Assembly: GCA_963791045.1 (NCBI GenBank)
Contig: CAWBQK010000006.1
Span: 32,001 to 96,000, forward strand
DNA: 64,000 nt
Direction: 5' to 3'
Origin: Candidatus Latescibacterota bacterium
Lineage (GTDB): Bacteria > Krumholzibacteriota > Krumholzibacteriia > WVZY01
Part shown: piece by piece, positions 32,243 to 43,516 of the stretch
Layout of the letters: each line of letters begins with the position of its first letter
Position numbering within the stretch: position 1 is the first letter of the stretch
Translations under genes and position numbers: made by a program
Notes under the pieces: model-generated
Databases searched by the model: none
The model's input: only the letters and a program-made list of their open reading frames with translations
Told to the model about the DNA's origin: nothing

Positions 32243-33196
32243 GTGGAAGAAACGAAAAAAATCACCCCTGCGGGGTTGATAAACCTGACGATTGTATATT
32301 TTGTATGGGGAAGCACCTATTTGGCTATCAGGATTGGTATCCGGAGTGGATCCGGGTTTCAACCCTTCTGGTTTGGTGGACTGCGGGTTCTGGTAGCCGG
32401 GGTTATTCTGCTGCTCCTGGGTGTGATGAGAGGTAAGGATATTCGCCCAAATAAAATGGACCTCAGCGTATTGATTGCTTCTGGATTCCTGCTCTGGATT
32501 GGAGGAAATGGACTGGTTGTATTGGCTGAGCAGCGGGTCGACTCAGCTATTGCAGCACTGGTTGTTGCCAGCACGCCAATTTGGGTGGCACTATTTGAGT
32601 CCATTTTGGATAGAAGGATGCCGTCTTTATTGTTGATCGGCTCACTGATTGTAGGTTTTGGCGGGATTATTGTGCTCAGTTTACCGTTATTAACCTCGGG
32701 AGTAAGGGCTGATATCTTATCTATCCTGGCTTTGTTGTTGGCCAGTTTCTGCTGGTCTTCGGGCCTGGTCCTCCAGACCCGAAGACCTGTAAGCTTGAGC
32801 AAAGGTATCAGTTCTGCCTATCAACAGTTATTCGGGGGATTGTTTTTTGCTTTGATCGCCCTGATAGTCAGGGAACCATTGCCAACGCCTACAACGGAGG
32901 CCTGGTTGGCCTGGGGATATCTGGTGTTGTTTGGATCGATCCTGGCTTTTACGGCTTTTGTGACTGCTCTCCAACAACTGCCTACAAGTTTGGTTACAAC
33001 TTATGCCTATGTCAATCCTGTTATAGCTGTGCTGTTGGGTTGGATGATATTAAGGGAACCGATTACTCCTTGGACTGTTGTTGGCGGCCTATTTGTATTA
33101 GTAGGAGTAACAGGAATTTTTCGAGTAAATAATAACAAAGCGGATGGGAAGAAGCATAGAAAAAAACAAGAAAAACTAGATGAGGGTTATTCTTGA
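32243..33196 (+). CDS. EamA/DMT family transporter (YedA-like)
   Basis: YFVWGSTYLAI...YLVLFGS...YAYVNPVIAV; multiple TM segments. Confidence 0.9.
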   Translation: MEETKKITPAGLINLTIVYFVWGSTYLAIRIGIRSGSGFQPFWFGGLRVLVAGVILLLLGVMRGKDIRPNKMDLSVLIASGFLLWIGGNGLVVLAEQRVDSAIAALVVASTPIWVALFESILDRRMPSLLLIGSLIVGFGGIIVLSLPLLTSGVRADILSILALLLASFCWSSGLVLQTRRPVSLSKGISSAYQQLFGGLFFALIALIVREPLPTPTTEAWLAWGYLVLFGSILAFTAFVTALQQLPTSLVTTYAYVNPVIAVLLGWMILREPITPWTVVGGLFVLVGVTGIFRVNNNKADGKKHRKKQEKLDEGYS

Positions 33197-33248
33197 TACG
33201 GTATAATCAAAAATCATCTTATTATGATAGACAAGGTTTGGAGTTCTA

Positions 33249-34553
33249 ATGCGCGCAGTAGATATCATCATCAAGAAACGTGATCGGCAGGAATTAACGA
33301 AAGAGGAGATCGATTTTTTTGTCCAAGGGTTTACGGATGGATCAATTCCTGACTATCAAGCTTCAGCCTGGGCGATGGCTGTCTTACTAAATGGTATGAC
33401 TCCCCAGGAAACAACAGATCTTACTTTGGCCATGGTGAATTCAGGAGATATCCTTGATTTATCTTCTGCTGTTCCTCTGGCGGTGGATAAACATTCCAGT
33501 GGTGGAGTGGGTGATAAGACAACTTTGGTTGTTGAGCCCTTGGTTGCTGCTTGTGGATTGCCAGTAGGGAAGATGTCGGGCAGGGGGTTGGGTTTTACTG
33601 GCGGCACATTGGATAAAATGGAATCAATACCTGGGTTCAGAGTCAATCTGACCGAGGTTGAATTCTTATCCCAATTGAACGAGATTGGATTGGTCTTGGC
33701 TGGCCAAACAGCGGATTTGGCACCCGCAGATGGTAAATTCTACGCCCTTCGCGATGTCTCCGGCACTGTGGATTCCATCCCTTTGATAGCGTCCTCGATC
33801 ATGAGCAAAAAGATCGCAGCCGGTGCGCAGGCTATTGTTCTGGATGTCAAGATCGGTTTAGGTGCGTTTATGGATACTCAGGAAGAAGCTAAACATCTGG
33901 CTAAATTTATGGTGGATATAGCTCACCTGGCCGATAGGGAAGCTGTCGCCCTGATCTCGGATATGAACCAGCCCTTGGGAGTTGCCGTAGGTAATATTTT
34001 GGAAGTAAAGGAAGCGATCGATACATTGCAGGGAAGGGGTCCCGCAAGTTTTGTAGAACACTGCCTGGATGTTGCAGAACAGATGTTAATCCTTGGAAAA
34101 GCAGCTGCAGCTAATGGAGAAGGTCGCGAAAAAGCAGAACAGGCCCTCAAAGATGGTTCAGCCTGGCAGAAATTTCTCAAGCTTGTTACGGCTCAAGGTG
34201 GTGATGTCTCCTTTGTTGAAAATCCTGATAAATTTCCGAAAGCAGCGATCATTGATATAGTACCATCTCCAAAGACCGGTTATTTGAGCCAGATCCATGC
34301 TCGTATTGTTGGAGAAACATCAGTCGATCTTGGTGCTGGCAGGGCAAAAAAGTCTGATGAGATAAATCATTCAGTGGGTGTTGAGATCCTGAGGGAAGTC
34401 GGAGATCATATAACGAAGGGTGATGATCTTTTTATCCTCCATGCGGCAAATCAGGCTGATTTTGATTTGGCAAAAGAACGCTTATTAGGCGCTCATAAGT
34501 GGAGTGATACTCCTGTAGAAAGGCTGCCATTGGTTTATGAGATAATCAGCTGA
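33249..34553 (+). CDS. pdp: Pyrimidine-nucleoside/thymidine phosphorylase
   Basis: DKHSSGGVGDK, KMSGRGLGFTGGTLDKME, SIMSKKIAAG, LGAGR. Confidence 0.94.
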   Translation: MRAVDIIIKKRDRQELTKEEIDFFVQGFTDGSIPDYQASAWAMAVLLNGMTPQETTDLTLAMVNSGDILDLSSAVPLAVDKHSSGGVGDKTTLVVEPLVAACGLPVGKMSGRGLGFTGGTLDKMESIPGFRVNLTEVEFLSQLNEIGLVLAGQTADLAPADGKFYALRDVSGTVDSIPLIASSIMSKKIAAGAQAIVLDVKIGLGAFMDTQEEAKHLAKFMVDIAHLADREAVALISDMNQPLGVAVGNILEVKEAIDTLQGRGPASFVEHCLDVAEQMLILGKAAAANGEGREKAEQALKDGSAWQKFLKLVTAQGGDVSFVENPDKFPKAAIIDIVPSPKTGYLSQIHARIVGETSVDLGAGRAKKSDEINHSVGVEILREVGDHITKGDDLFILHAANQADFDLAKERLLGAHKWSDTPVERLPLVYEIIS

Positions 34554-35613
34554 TGTTTTTGGTTGAATTAATTCCCTTTTTGCTAGCAGCTATTTGAGAT
34601 ATGTACTTTTCTTGCCCAAGGTTATAAGTTTCCAGGGGTAATTCTTTATTAATTAATGAAATTAGGGTGTTCGTTAAGAAAGTATTCACAGGAGTAGAAA
34701 TAAGATATTCAATCCCGGCCCTGACAACCGCACCGTTGAGCTGATCGACCTCACTCTGGTCCCTGCCGCTGTATAAATCGTTGTGAAATGAGGGCATTTT
34801 CTTCCCCCTTCCACTTCCTATCATGCTCGATAAAAAGGGTTGGGAAAGTCTGTCCGGCACATATTTTATTATTGCTGCAAGAATTTTTACTGGAACGCCT
34901 GGCAAATTGACGACTTTAATTCCCTGAATATCCATCACTTCCAGTGCTTCGCGAACCTGATCCAATTCTATTCTATAAAGATCTGGATCTGAATAGATTT
35001 GGGTCGGAGTCATATCAAGGATGGCAGAACTGGCATTCCCAAGCAGATTGGTTATAAGCTTGGACCATTTCATGCTCTCGGCGCTAGGATACAATTTGCA
35101 AGATATGCCTGCTTCCATGAATATTTCTACTAGATCTCTGGAAATCGGATGGTTGTCGGCAATACCCATCCCCCGTTTTTTTTGAAGAATAACTTTACCC
35201 TTGCCTGGACAATCGACAGCTGATGTGACTGTGCCGGGAATAATCAGATCAGATCCAAGAGCTTTGGCTAATCTTTTTTCACTTTCAACGCCATTTTGCA
35301 GACAGAGCAATGGAGGGAGTTTTTCATGGAGGCGGAGAAGGTCCGGCAGGATGGTTCCAAGGTGATAAGTTTTGACAGCCAGGATAATCAGATCCAATTC
35401 TTTGTTGAGGGCCAGGTCCAGCGAACTGGTGAATTCAGGAGAGGATAGGGTAGATATTTTTCCTTTTATCTCCATTACTATTCCCTGATTTTGAAGCGCG
35501 GTGATGGAATCTTCCTTTTCCAGGAACAACACATCGTGTCCATTAAGAGCCAGAAAACCGCCCAGGTATGAACCGATTGCCCCAGCACCCAGGACGAGAA
35601 ATCGTTTAATCAT
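34546..35613 (-). CDS. Ketopantoate reductase family protein
   Basis: GAGAIG Rossmann motif, LAVK, LQNGV, KWSKLITN, SEVDQLNGAVV. Confidence 0.85.
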   Translation of the reverse strand: MIKRFLVLGAGAIGSYLGGFLALNGHDVLFLEKEDSITALQNQGIVMEIKGKISTLSSPEFTSSLDLALNKELDLIILAVKTYHLGTILPDLLRLHEKLPPLLCLQNGVESEKRLAKALGSDLIIPGTVTSAVDCPGKGKVILQKKRGMGIADNHPISRDLVEIFMEAGISCKLYPSAESMKWSKLITNLLGNASSAILDMTPTQIYSDPDLYRIELDQVREALEVMDIQGIKVVNLPGVPVKILAAIIKYVPDRLSQPFLSSMIGSGRGKKMPSFHNDLYSGRDQSEVDQLNGAVVRAGIEYLISTPVNTFLTNTLISLINKELPLETYNLGQEKYISQIAASKKGINSTKNIS

Positions 35614-35628
35614 AAGTACAAGAGTGTT

Positions 35629-36276
35629 TCATGCGTTCGTAAGGTGACTGGTGTTATTGTGTTCAAGAAAGATCCAGTTATCATTGCTTGGTTTGTATTG
35701 AATCGTAGTATATCCAGTATTGGAAAAGTTGAAATTTGGCCCCTGAAAATTAGAGCGTGGTGCCTGCCCTAGAATTGCATGAATAACCATATTCAAAAAC
35801 CCACCGTGAGAGACAATCAAATAGCGTCCCGATGGATATTTGACCAGCTTATTAACTGCTGTGGCAGCTCTTAAGAACAGGTCCCATTGGCTTTCACCAG
35901 TATTGGCAATAGGTTGATGGATGGGGATGAATTCAGGAGGGGGAAGGGACTGGATGGCTTCTTTATGGAGCAAACCAGCCAGTTCACCATTATCTCGTTC
36001 CATCCAGATCGGATCAAACTCAAGGTTTGTTTTAGTAGCACCGGTAATTATTTTTGCGGTCTGTTTAGCCCTGGTTTGGGGGCTGGATATCGCCAGGTCA
36101 AATTGGACTCCCGCTCTGGACCAGGTGGATGCCAGCTGCTCCGCCTGGAACACCCCGACATCGGTCAGTGGAAACTCAGCTTGTCCTTGATGCCGGTTTT
36201 CTGCATTTCCGATGGATTGCCCATGCCGTAACAGCACAATAAGTTTATCGGGATCTTTGTTTTCAACTTCCTTCAT
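35629..36276 (-). CDS. Histidine phosphatase family protein
   Basis: LLRHGQS, SSPQTRA, VSHGG. Confidence 0.9.
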   Translation of the reverse strand: MKEVENKDPDKLIVLLRHGQSIGNAENRHQGQAEFPLTDVGVFQAEQLASTWSRAGVQFDLAISSPQTRAKQTAKIITGATKTNLEFDPIWMERDNGELAGLLHKEAIQSLPPPEFIPIHQPIANTGESQWDLFLRAATAVNKLVKYPSGRYLIVSHGGFLNMVIHAILGQAPRSNFQGPNFNFSNTGYTTIQYKPSNDNWIFLEHNNTSHLTNA

Positions 36277-36317
36277 ATGTTGTTTGCTTCCCTGAGTTAG
36301 GTACCTATTGGTTCAAA

Positions 36318-37232
36318 TTAAGAACTCCACTTAGGATTTCCGTTTAAAAAGACAGGACCTGTTACTTTTTTCTTCCCTGCTTTTTGGAGCTGATCCAAAA
36401 GGAGGATCCCTGCGCCCGTTCCAATTGCAGGGTATCCATCATATGTACATAACACTCCAACCCCGGGAGAGGTTACGGAAACCGCCCTAGCTTGGTGTAT
36501 GATCAACCGTTCATCATTCCAAAGAGTAAATGTACCAGGCCAGGGAGAATATGCCCGGACTGTTCGAGCAAGTAATTCTGCGCTAAGTTCGAAATTCAAT
36601 TCCCCTGCACTCTTTTTTAATTGGGATGCGTAGGTAGTTTGAGAAGGATCTTGTACTACCGGTGTGATCTCACCTTCAAGATAAGATGGTATTGTGTCAA
36701 TCAATAGACATCCACCCAATTGGGCCAATCGATCGGATAATCTTCCAGCGGTTTCATCTGGCAGGATTTCAATAGACTGCTGAGCCAGGATTGGACCATC
36801 GTCTAATCCTGGACCCATTTTCATGATCGTTACACCAGAATGGGAATCTCCGTGGAGTATTGCTGCATTGATCGGTGAAGCTCCACGCCAGCGGGGAAGC
36901 AAAGAGGCATGTACATTAATACAGCCGAACTGAGGCAGGTCTAGCAATGCGGGTTTCAAGATTTGGCCATACGCTGCTACGCAGATCAAATCCGGACTCC
37001 ACTCATGAATTTTCAGGAGAGCGTCCTTTTCGTTCGCATTTTCTGGTTGGAAAACATCAAGTCCACACTGTACAGCTGCATCCTTGACCTGTGGTGCGAC
37101 CAGCTCCCTGCCCCTTCCGGAAGGTCGATCAGGTTGTGTGATCACGCCAACGAGCTGAAATTTCTCAGCTAACATGGTAAGTGATGGCACAGCAAAATCT
37201 GGTGAACCCATAAACACGATCCGACTATCCAT
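36318..37232 (-). CDS. fmt: Methionyl-tRNA formyltransferase
   Basis: FMGSPDFA, TQPDRPSGRG, NVHASLLPRWRGASPI, LDDGP. Confidence 0.97.
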   Translation of the reverse strand: MDSRIVFMGSPDFAVPSLTMLAEKFQLVGVITQPDRPSGRGRELVAPQVKDAAVQCGLDVFQPENANEKDALLKIHEWSPDLICVAAYGQILKPALLDLPQFGCINVHASLLPRWRGASPINAAILHGDSHSGVTIMKMGPGLDDGPILAQQSIEILPDETAGRLSDRLAQLGGCLLIDTIPSYLEGEITPVVQDPSQTTYASQLKKSAGELNFELSAELLARTVRAYSPWPGTFTLWNDERLIIHQARAVSVTSPGVGVLCTYDGYPAIGTGAGILLLDQLQKAGKKKVTGPVFLNGNPKWSS

Positions 37233-37302
37233 GCTCCGATTTTAACATAGGAGCTGAACAGGAGGTAGGAGTGGATTCAAAATTCAAGAGCTGGGAGAGC
37301 TG

Positions 37303-39401
37303 TCAGTCAGAATCTGTTGCCTGCTGTTCTTTGGGTTTAGAAGGGATCCCCACCGCAACCTGGTCTCGACCTCTTGCTTTTGAACGATATAAGGCTCGAT
37401 CAGCAATTACGACGAGATCATCAATGTCAATGGTGTGATCTGGTAGTGTTGCGATTCCCTGGCTGATGGTCGGTTTTGGAATGGTATTGCCTTCCACGTT
37501 GAATAAGGGAAGTTCGGAGAGGGTTCTTCTGATCCGGTTGGCAACCATATTGGCCTGTGTTGTGGTGGCATTTGGCAGGACAATACCGAATTCCTCTCCA
37601 CCCCAACGCCCAACAGTATCCGTTTTCTTAATATGAGATTCTATGGCCTGTACTGTCAACCGCAGTACCTGGTCGCCGATAGTGTGTCCATACGTGTCAT
37701 TATATAGTTTGAAGTGATCGATATCGAGCATGATCAATGAGAGAGGTGATTGGGCGGCGAGGGAGATCTCTGCTTCCTGATAAAGGATCTCAATGAAGTG
37801 ATTGTGGTTGCTAACGCCTGTTAAAGAATCCAATTTCGCTTGGCGTGTGATTTCTTCATAGTGATGGGCATTTTGAATGCTCAGGACAGCTTGCTGGCTA
37901 ATTTGCTCCATGAGTAACTTGTCGGTATTATCGAACATATAGGGTTTGTAACTGGCGACTGCAAGCAAGCCTATCAGTTTATCCTCGGTCAGTAAAGGCA
38001 CACCTAACCAAGATCTGGAAAGCTTTTTTTCGCCGACCAGAATTGGCCTCATAGAAATGGAATCAATTTCCTGTCTGAGATCTTGGATCAGGAGGGGTTG
38101 TTTGTTTTCAACGATCCAGCTAGAAAGGCCTTCGTTGGCATCAACGATAGATGATGGAAAACGCTTTCCATCATCATACAGGATGCGTATATCCATCTGA
38201 TGGGTTTCTGGCAGATAGAGAGCCACAAAATAGGCTTCACAACGGATGACTTTCGATAATTGGGTGTAGATGAGCTCCAAGAGGGTATCAATATTCAGCG
38301 TGCTTGTGATGGCTTTTCCGATTTCGTAGAGAACAGCTAACCTATCAGCCTGGTCTTTCAAGCTCTTATGTAGAAGTTGAGTCTCAGTATTATCGTGGAA
38401 AATAATCGTATAGCCGACCAATGATTCCTGAGCATCTGAAAGGGGGAGCAGGTTGAGGACAAAGTATTTTCTATCACGTCCCTCACCTTTGGTAATAACT
38501 TTTACTGGTGTCCGATCTTCTTTGGAAAAGGATATCCAATCCGCCAGATCTGTGAGCACTTCCGAGGTGGGCTTTCCAACTATCTCGGAAAATTTTAGAT
38601 TGATTATCCCTTCAGCCGCGGGATTGATATCAACAACACGGTCGTTCAGATCTACGACAATAATGCCATCCCGCATATTTTCAATTGTAGTATCTCGGGC
38701 AATTGGAATGATATCCAGAAATTTTTGAGCGAAAAGTATGTAGACTAGTATTATGCCGGTTAACAAGAAACTCAGCGAGTTCAGATCAAGATAAGGGTAA
38801 GGATTAAGGTCCAAAAGGAATAATAGGGTTGCGATAGCGGGAAGTAATCCTGCTAAAAGGATAAGGCGTACTTGATTTCGAAGTAATTTTGGGTCTTAAG
38901 GTAGTGCTGTAAAAGTAAAAATAGTCCACCTAAGTACAGCAAGTAGGAGTATGAAATAAGTATCCAGAACCATAGTCCATAAACATTTTCAAAAACGATC
39001 ATACCAAAAGCAGTCGTCAGATTATGTTCAGACCAAAATAAATTATGGTATTCATTTGTAAAGGCAAGAATGATCGAAATCATTGGAAACCAGGAAAACC
39101 ATGAGAAGAATTGTCTTCCTGTTAGAGCAAACCTACTTGTATAGCGGATGCAGAACAATATCCAGAACGTAGTTATCCAGCAAACACCGATAAACTCCAG
39201 TTTTAACCAGATTGTTTTTCCAGGGAATCCGGGAACCATTTGCTCAAGAGCATATCCGAACGACCAAACTGAAAGTGAGAAAAACAATAGTATCAGGGCT
39301 TGGGCTGTTTGCTTTTTCCGGTGTGCCCAGAGCAGATAACCAATATATATACTTAAAAATCCTGCAAGTATAGATGGGATAACTATTATTGAAAATTGCA
39401 T
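37303..39401 (-). CDS. Membrane diguanylate cyclase: 7TM sensor, PAS, GAF, GGDEF (split by a frameshift near 38870)
   Basis: ORF 38853-39401 is a HisKA_7TM-like membrane region; ORF 37303-38814 continues with PIARD, PAS, GAF, DSLTG, DIDHFK..ND.YGH and RWGGEEF. Confidence 0.88.
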
Positions 39402-39473
39402 CGTATTAATAACACTCTATGGATCCTGATGGGTAATTGCTAGCTAAAAACCAATTTCATTATATTCTTCTTG

Positions 39474-41792
39474 TTATGAAGGAGTTCGTTCAAGATCAAA
39501 ATAGAAAGTTGCCCCTTTCTTTTCGATAGCTTCAACCCAGATATCTCCGCCATGGCGTTTGATGATCTTCTTTGTCAGAGCCAATCCTATTCCTGTACCA
39601 TGGAACTGATCCTGACTGTGAAGTCGTTGAAAAGTTTCAAAGATTTTCTCCTTATCCTCCATGTCAAAACCTATACCATTATCCTGAACATAATAAATAA
39701 TGCGTTTACTTGATTGGTGGGGCTGGTAGCCAATGGTGATTGTTGGATCCTTTTGTTTTTCTGTGAACTTAATTGCATTACTAATCAGGTTGTGTAGTGC
39801 CATTTTCATTAGTTTTTCATCTGCAAGGCATTTTGGAAGGTCTTTGATATTGATCCTGATCTTGCGCTTTTTGATTTGATCAGAAAAATTGTTGAGAATT
39901 TCTTCAACCATGAGCAAAGGGTCGATTTGGATCGGATCGATAGTTTGTCTGCCCAACAGGGATAACTTAGTCAGGTCATCGATCAGGTTGTCCATTAAGA
40001 GGGCATGATTCGTTAAGCTTTCAATATGGTCCAGAGCTTTTTTATCTATATTTTCGGGATATTTTTGGAGCAAAGTTTGGGATGTTTCTTTTACCCGTTT
40101 TAATGGAATCCTGAGATCATTTGATACAGAATATGTAAAGGCCTCTAACTCTTGATATGTGTCTGTCAGGTTGGCACTCACAGACGAAAGTTTTTCATTT
40201 GCGGTTTGATAATCGTCCAATATATTTGTCAGAGCCGCATTAAGTCTTTCAACTTCTGAAATGCGCTCATTCAGCCGTTGGGTTCGATCCTCAACGATCT
40301 CTTCCAGTTGCTTCTGGTAATGACTTAATTCATCCTCAACAGATTTCTGGGCACTTATATCGGTATGGGTGCCCACGAAACGTAGGGGATTACCATACTC
40401 ATCCTGTTCTGTTATCTTTCCTCTACCCAGAACCCAGAGCCAGGAACCGTCTTTCCTTTGAAACCTGAACTCGACGATAAACTTCTCAAGAGAACCAGAT
40501 AAATATTCCTCGGCGTGCCTGAAGACTTTTTCAACATCATCGGGATGAACCCTTTTTCTGAATTCTTCCAGATGGTGGGGATACTCATCAACTTCATACC
40601 CTGCCATGGTGTAATATAAAGGATCGAAATGTACAGTGTCTTTTTGAAGATCCCAATCCCAAATACCGTCATTCGTAAGCAAACTGAATTTGGATAGGTT
40701 TTCCTCACTTTCCCGCAGGGCTGATTCCACATCTATCAGATTGGTCATATCTGAGGCGATAGTGAGAATTAGATTTCTGCCATCAAGGAGCTGAGGTAGC
40801 TGAGTCCAGCGCAGTACCCAGCTAAGAATACTTCCATCTTCACTATAGAGCTTGTATATACCTTCCCGTTGTTTTTGACTGGATTGGATGAGCCGGCCGA
40901 TCTCTTCTGTCACCTGAACTGCATTTTCACGGAAACAGTATTTCAGCCACTCTTCGGCAGTTCGCAATTGTCTGGGAGAATAGCCACTTTTTTCGATCCA
41001 GGCTGTGTTCACGATGATGATCTCGCCATCATCCGCATGGAGCATAGTGGGGAAGGGTGAATTCATCAAAGCGGATTGAAGTTGATCATCACTTTTCTTT
41101 TTTAAGATTTCGGCAGCATCCCTGGCTTCCATTTCCAGGCTCAGTTTCAGGTTTGCCTGTGATAAGGATACCTCCTTTTCGTTTAGTTCATTGAAATTCT
41201 CTTCATATCTTGTGATCACCATGATAAGAGTTATTGCTGCCAGTAGGATCGCCACGAACAATAGGATAATAATAGCAAGAGGTGTGAAGATAATGACCGG
41301 ATCTGGCATATAGCCCAGTGTGTTCAGTAAAAATAAGAGCAACAACGAAAGGGTACTGATGCCAGCAAAATGATAAGCGGCCATGCCACCTAGTATCAAC
41401 CCCCCCATAACTGTGATCGTAATGTACTCGGAAAGAAATGGGCTGTATAAACCATTACTCAGCACAATGATAACTGTAACCAGGATCCAGATACCATAGC
41501 CGAAAATATGTGCCGCAAGATTTACCTTCCCCCTCCGATTCAGGAATTGGACCAGGAGTATAAATGTCAGGACCGATCCTGTGGTTGCGATCCCAATAAC
41601 TGTATTGGAAAAAATAAAAGGAGTAACGCCGAGAGCTACAATACCGGTAAGCAGGATGATAGTAGAAAGCGTGTGAAGAGTTTCGGCGACTCGATAATCT
41701 TTAGAGTCTGGCAGCCGAGGGAACTTGAGATATTTTTCTAAGATTCTGGCGGTGAATTCTGAGAATCTTGAGGGTTTTTTATCAGTATTCAT
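39474..41792 (-). CDS. Membrane PAS-PAS sensor histidine kinase-like protein lacking the phospho-acceptor His
   Basis: TM region, PAS_3 (GIWDWD...VHPDD...GTHTDIS), H-box SVSNDLR, N-box NLISNAIKF, DNGIGFD, GTGIGLA. Confidence 0.88.
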   Translation of the reverse strand: MNTDKKPSRFSEFTARILEKYLKFPRLPDSKDYRVAETLHTLSTIILLTGIVALGVTPFIFSNTVIGIATTGSVLTFILLVQFLNRRGKVNLAAHIFGYGIWILVTVIIVLSNGLYSPFLSEYITITVMGGLILGGMAAYHFAGISTLSLLLLFLLNTLGYMPDPVIIFTPLAIIILLFVAILLAAITLIMVITRYEENFNELNEKEVSLSQANLKLSLEMEARDAAEILKKKSDDQLQSALMNSPFPTMLHADDGEIIIVNTAWIEKSGYSPRQLRTAEEWLKYCFRENAVQVTEEIGRLIQSSQKQREGIYKLYSEDGSILSWVLRWTQLPQLLDGRNLILTIASDMTNLIDVESALRESEENLSKFSLLTNDGIWDWDLQKDTVHFDPLYYTMAGYEVDEYPHHLEEFRKRVHPDDVEKVFRHAEEYLSGSLEKFIVEFRFQRKDGSWLWVLGRGKITEQDEYGNPLRFVGTHTDISAQKSVEDELSHYQKQLEEIVEDRTQRLNERISEVERLNAALTNILDDYQTANEKLSSVSANLTDTYQELEAFTYSVSNDLRIPLKRVKETSQTLLQKYPENIDKKALDHIESLTNHALLMDNLIDDLTKLSLLGRQTIDPIQIDPLLMVEEILNNFSDQIKKRKIRINIKDLPKCLADEKLMKMALHNLISNAIKFTEKQKDPTITIGYQPHQSSKRIIYYVQDNGIGFDMEDKEKIFETFQRLHSQDQFHGTGIGLALTKKIIKRHGGDIWVEAIEKKGATFYFDLERTPS

Positions 41793-43516
41793 CAGTCAAA
41801 ATAATCCAGGTCTTTTAATGGGTCTTGAACTGCAGGCTCAATATCAAGATCAATAAGCTGCTGATGTAACTCTTCGATGACATTCTTTAACTCAGCCATG
41901 CGTATCTCTCGACCGGCCATGTGATCCACCATTTTTGTTAGTTCTTTTGTCCGGTCTTTAATTCTAGACTCCAGTGAATCAGCATGAATTCTCAACCGTT
42001 CGTAAAGTCGTGCATTGTGGATTGCATGAGCCGCCTGAGAGGCAAACAAGTTGGCAAGTTTAGCTTCTGGTGAGCCAAATGCGGATTGTTTCCTGCTGTC
42101 CATAGTGATGTAGCCAATAAAGTTATCATGAATTACAAGGGGTACTCCCATCCAGCCTTTGACATGATGCATTTCTCCCCAACCTTGATAGCGTGAATCT
42201 CGCATGGCATTGTCTATGATGATAGGTTTCTTTTTTTCTATCATTTCCTGGCACAGAAGGTTTGTGGTTGGAAATGTTTTGCCAACAACTAATTCTGGAT
42301 GGGGATGATTATGAACTGTTTCTAAATGCAGTTCTCCATCCTTCAAGAGGAAAATAGAAGCACTATCAAATGATAGGGTCTCCTCCAGCTTGACAAGAAC
42401 TAGACTCAGAAGCTCCTCCAGAGAAAGAGTGGAAGATAGAGAATTGGTCACGACATGCAAAGCTTCCAGTTGGTCAGAGAAATCCTGTATGTCTTCTCTG
42501 ATCATTACTCTTTCAGAGATATCCTGGGTTGTTCCTACCATTCGTAATGGAGAACGATCAGGTCCCCGTTCAACGACCCGGCCTTGATTTAGGACCCAGA
42601 TCCAGTCACCAGATTTGTGTTTCATGCGTATTTCTGTTTGAAAATGAAAGGTATCTCCCGCAAAATGTTTGAGGATCATTTTGTTGGATTTCTCCAGATC
42701 ATCCGGATGGGAAAGTTTTTCCAAGATATCAATTGTCATTGGATCGAGCTCAGTTTTTCTATAACCGATAATTTCTGCAAATCGATCATTGATCAAAATG
42801 GTATCAGTTTGCAGATCCCAATCCCATAAACCTGAACCTGTACTGGTCACGGCCAGTTCAAGGGTTTCCGCTCTTTCTTCCATTTTTTTTCCTGCTTCAA
42901 TCCAGTCGGTATTATCCCGGATGGTACCCTGGAAACCAGTTACTTCACCCTCGCTGTTTGTTATCGCTGTTGAGGTTAGAAGGGTATGGAGGATATTGCC
43001 GTCTTTGTCTACCATCTCCACAGGGAGATCCTTGATAAAACTGCTATGTAATATTCTGGATTGTTCATTCGGGTTCAAATAAGCCTGGATAGCCGATGTA
43101 TTTAATAGATCTTTCTTGGTTTCGAAACCAAAAAGATTTACAGTTGCCTGATTGGCGTCTACCCATTTTCCATCTTTGGTAGTGACAAAGACTGGATCTT
43201 TTGAGGTCGTAAAGAAACGGTGTAATTTATCTTCACTATCTTGAAGAGAGCGGGTTTTTTCGCGAATAGACTTACGGAGAACGAGGATATAAAGGAAAAG
43301 GATAATGATAAAACCGGCTGCCAATGATAACCCGATTGTAAACCAGGGAGAGGCACTCTGGCTTAAGGAAATCCAATGGGGTGTCAGATCTGGATTGAAA
43401 GTAGAAAAAGTACCCGTGATAAAACCACCCCCCAATAGGAATTGAAAGGATTTCCCAGGTCCATTATGAGGATCGTGAAGATCTGGTTGAGTCCAGCATC
43501 TGAGAAAATATTTCAT
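41792..43516 (-). CDS. Membrane-anchored PAS-PAS-GAF protein with C-terminal coiled coil and no recognisable output domain
   Basis: TM helix, two PAS domains (GTIRDNT, GTTQDIS), GAF (WMGVPL...AIHNARLY), ends MAGREIRMAELK...; stop overlaps the next start. Confidence 0.82.
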   Translation of the reverse strand: MKYFLRCWTQPDLHDPHNGPGKSFQFLLGGGFITGTFSTFNPDLTPHWISLSQSASPWFTIGLSLAAGFIIILFLYILVLRKSIREKTRSLQDSEDKLHRFFTTSKDPVFVTTKDGKWVDANQATVNLFGFETKKDLLNTSAIQAYLNPNEQSRILHSSFIKDLPVEMVDKDGNILHTLLTSTAITNSEGEVTGFQGTIRDNTDWIEAGKKMEERAETLELAVTSTGSGLWDWDLQTDTILINDRFAEIIGYRKTELDPMTIDILEKLSHPDDLEKSNKMILKHFAGDTFHFQTEIRMKHKSGDWIWVLNQGRVVERGPDRSPLRMVGTTQDISERVMIREDIQDFSDQLEALHVVTNSLSSTLSLEELLSLVLVKLEETLSFDSASIFLLKDGELHLETVHNHPHPELVVGKTFPTTNLLCQEMIEKKKPIIIDNAMRDSRYQGWGEMHHVKGWMGVPLVIHDNFIGYITMDSRKQSAFGSPEAKLANLFASQAAHAIHNARLYERLRIHADSLESRIKDRTKELTKMVDHMAGREIRMAELKNVIEELHQQLIDLDIEPAVQDPLKDLDYFD

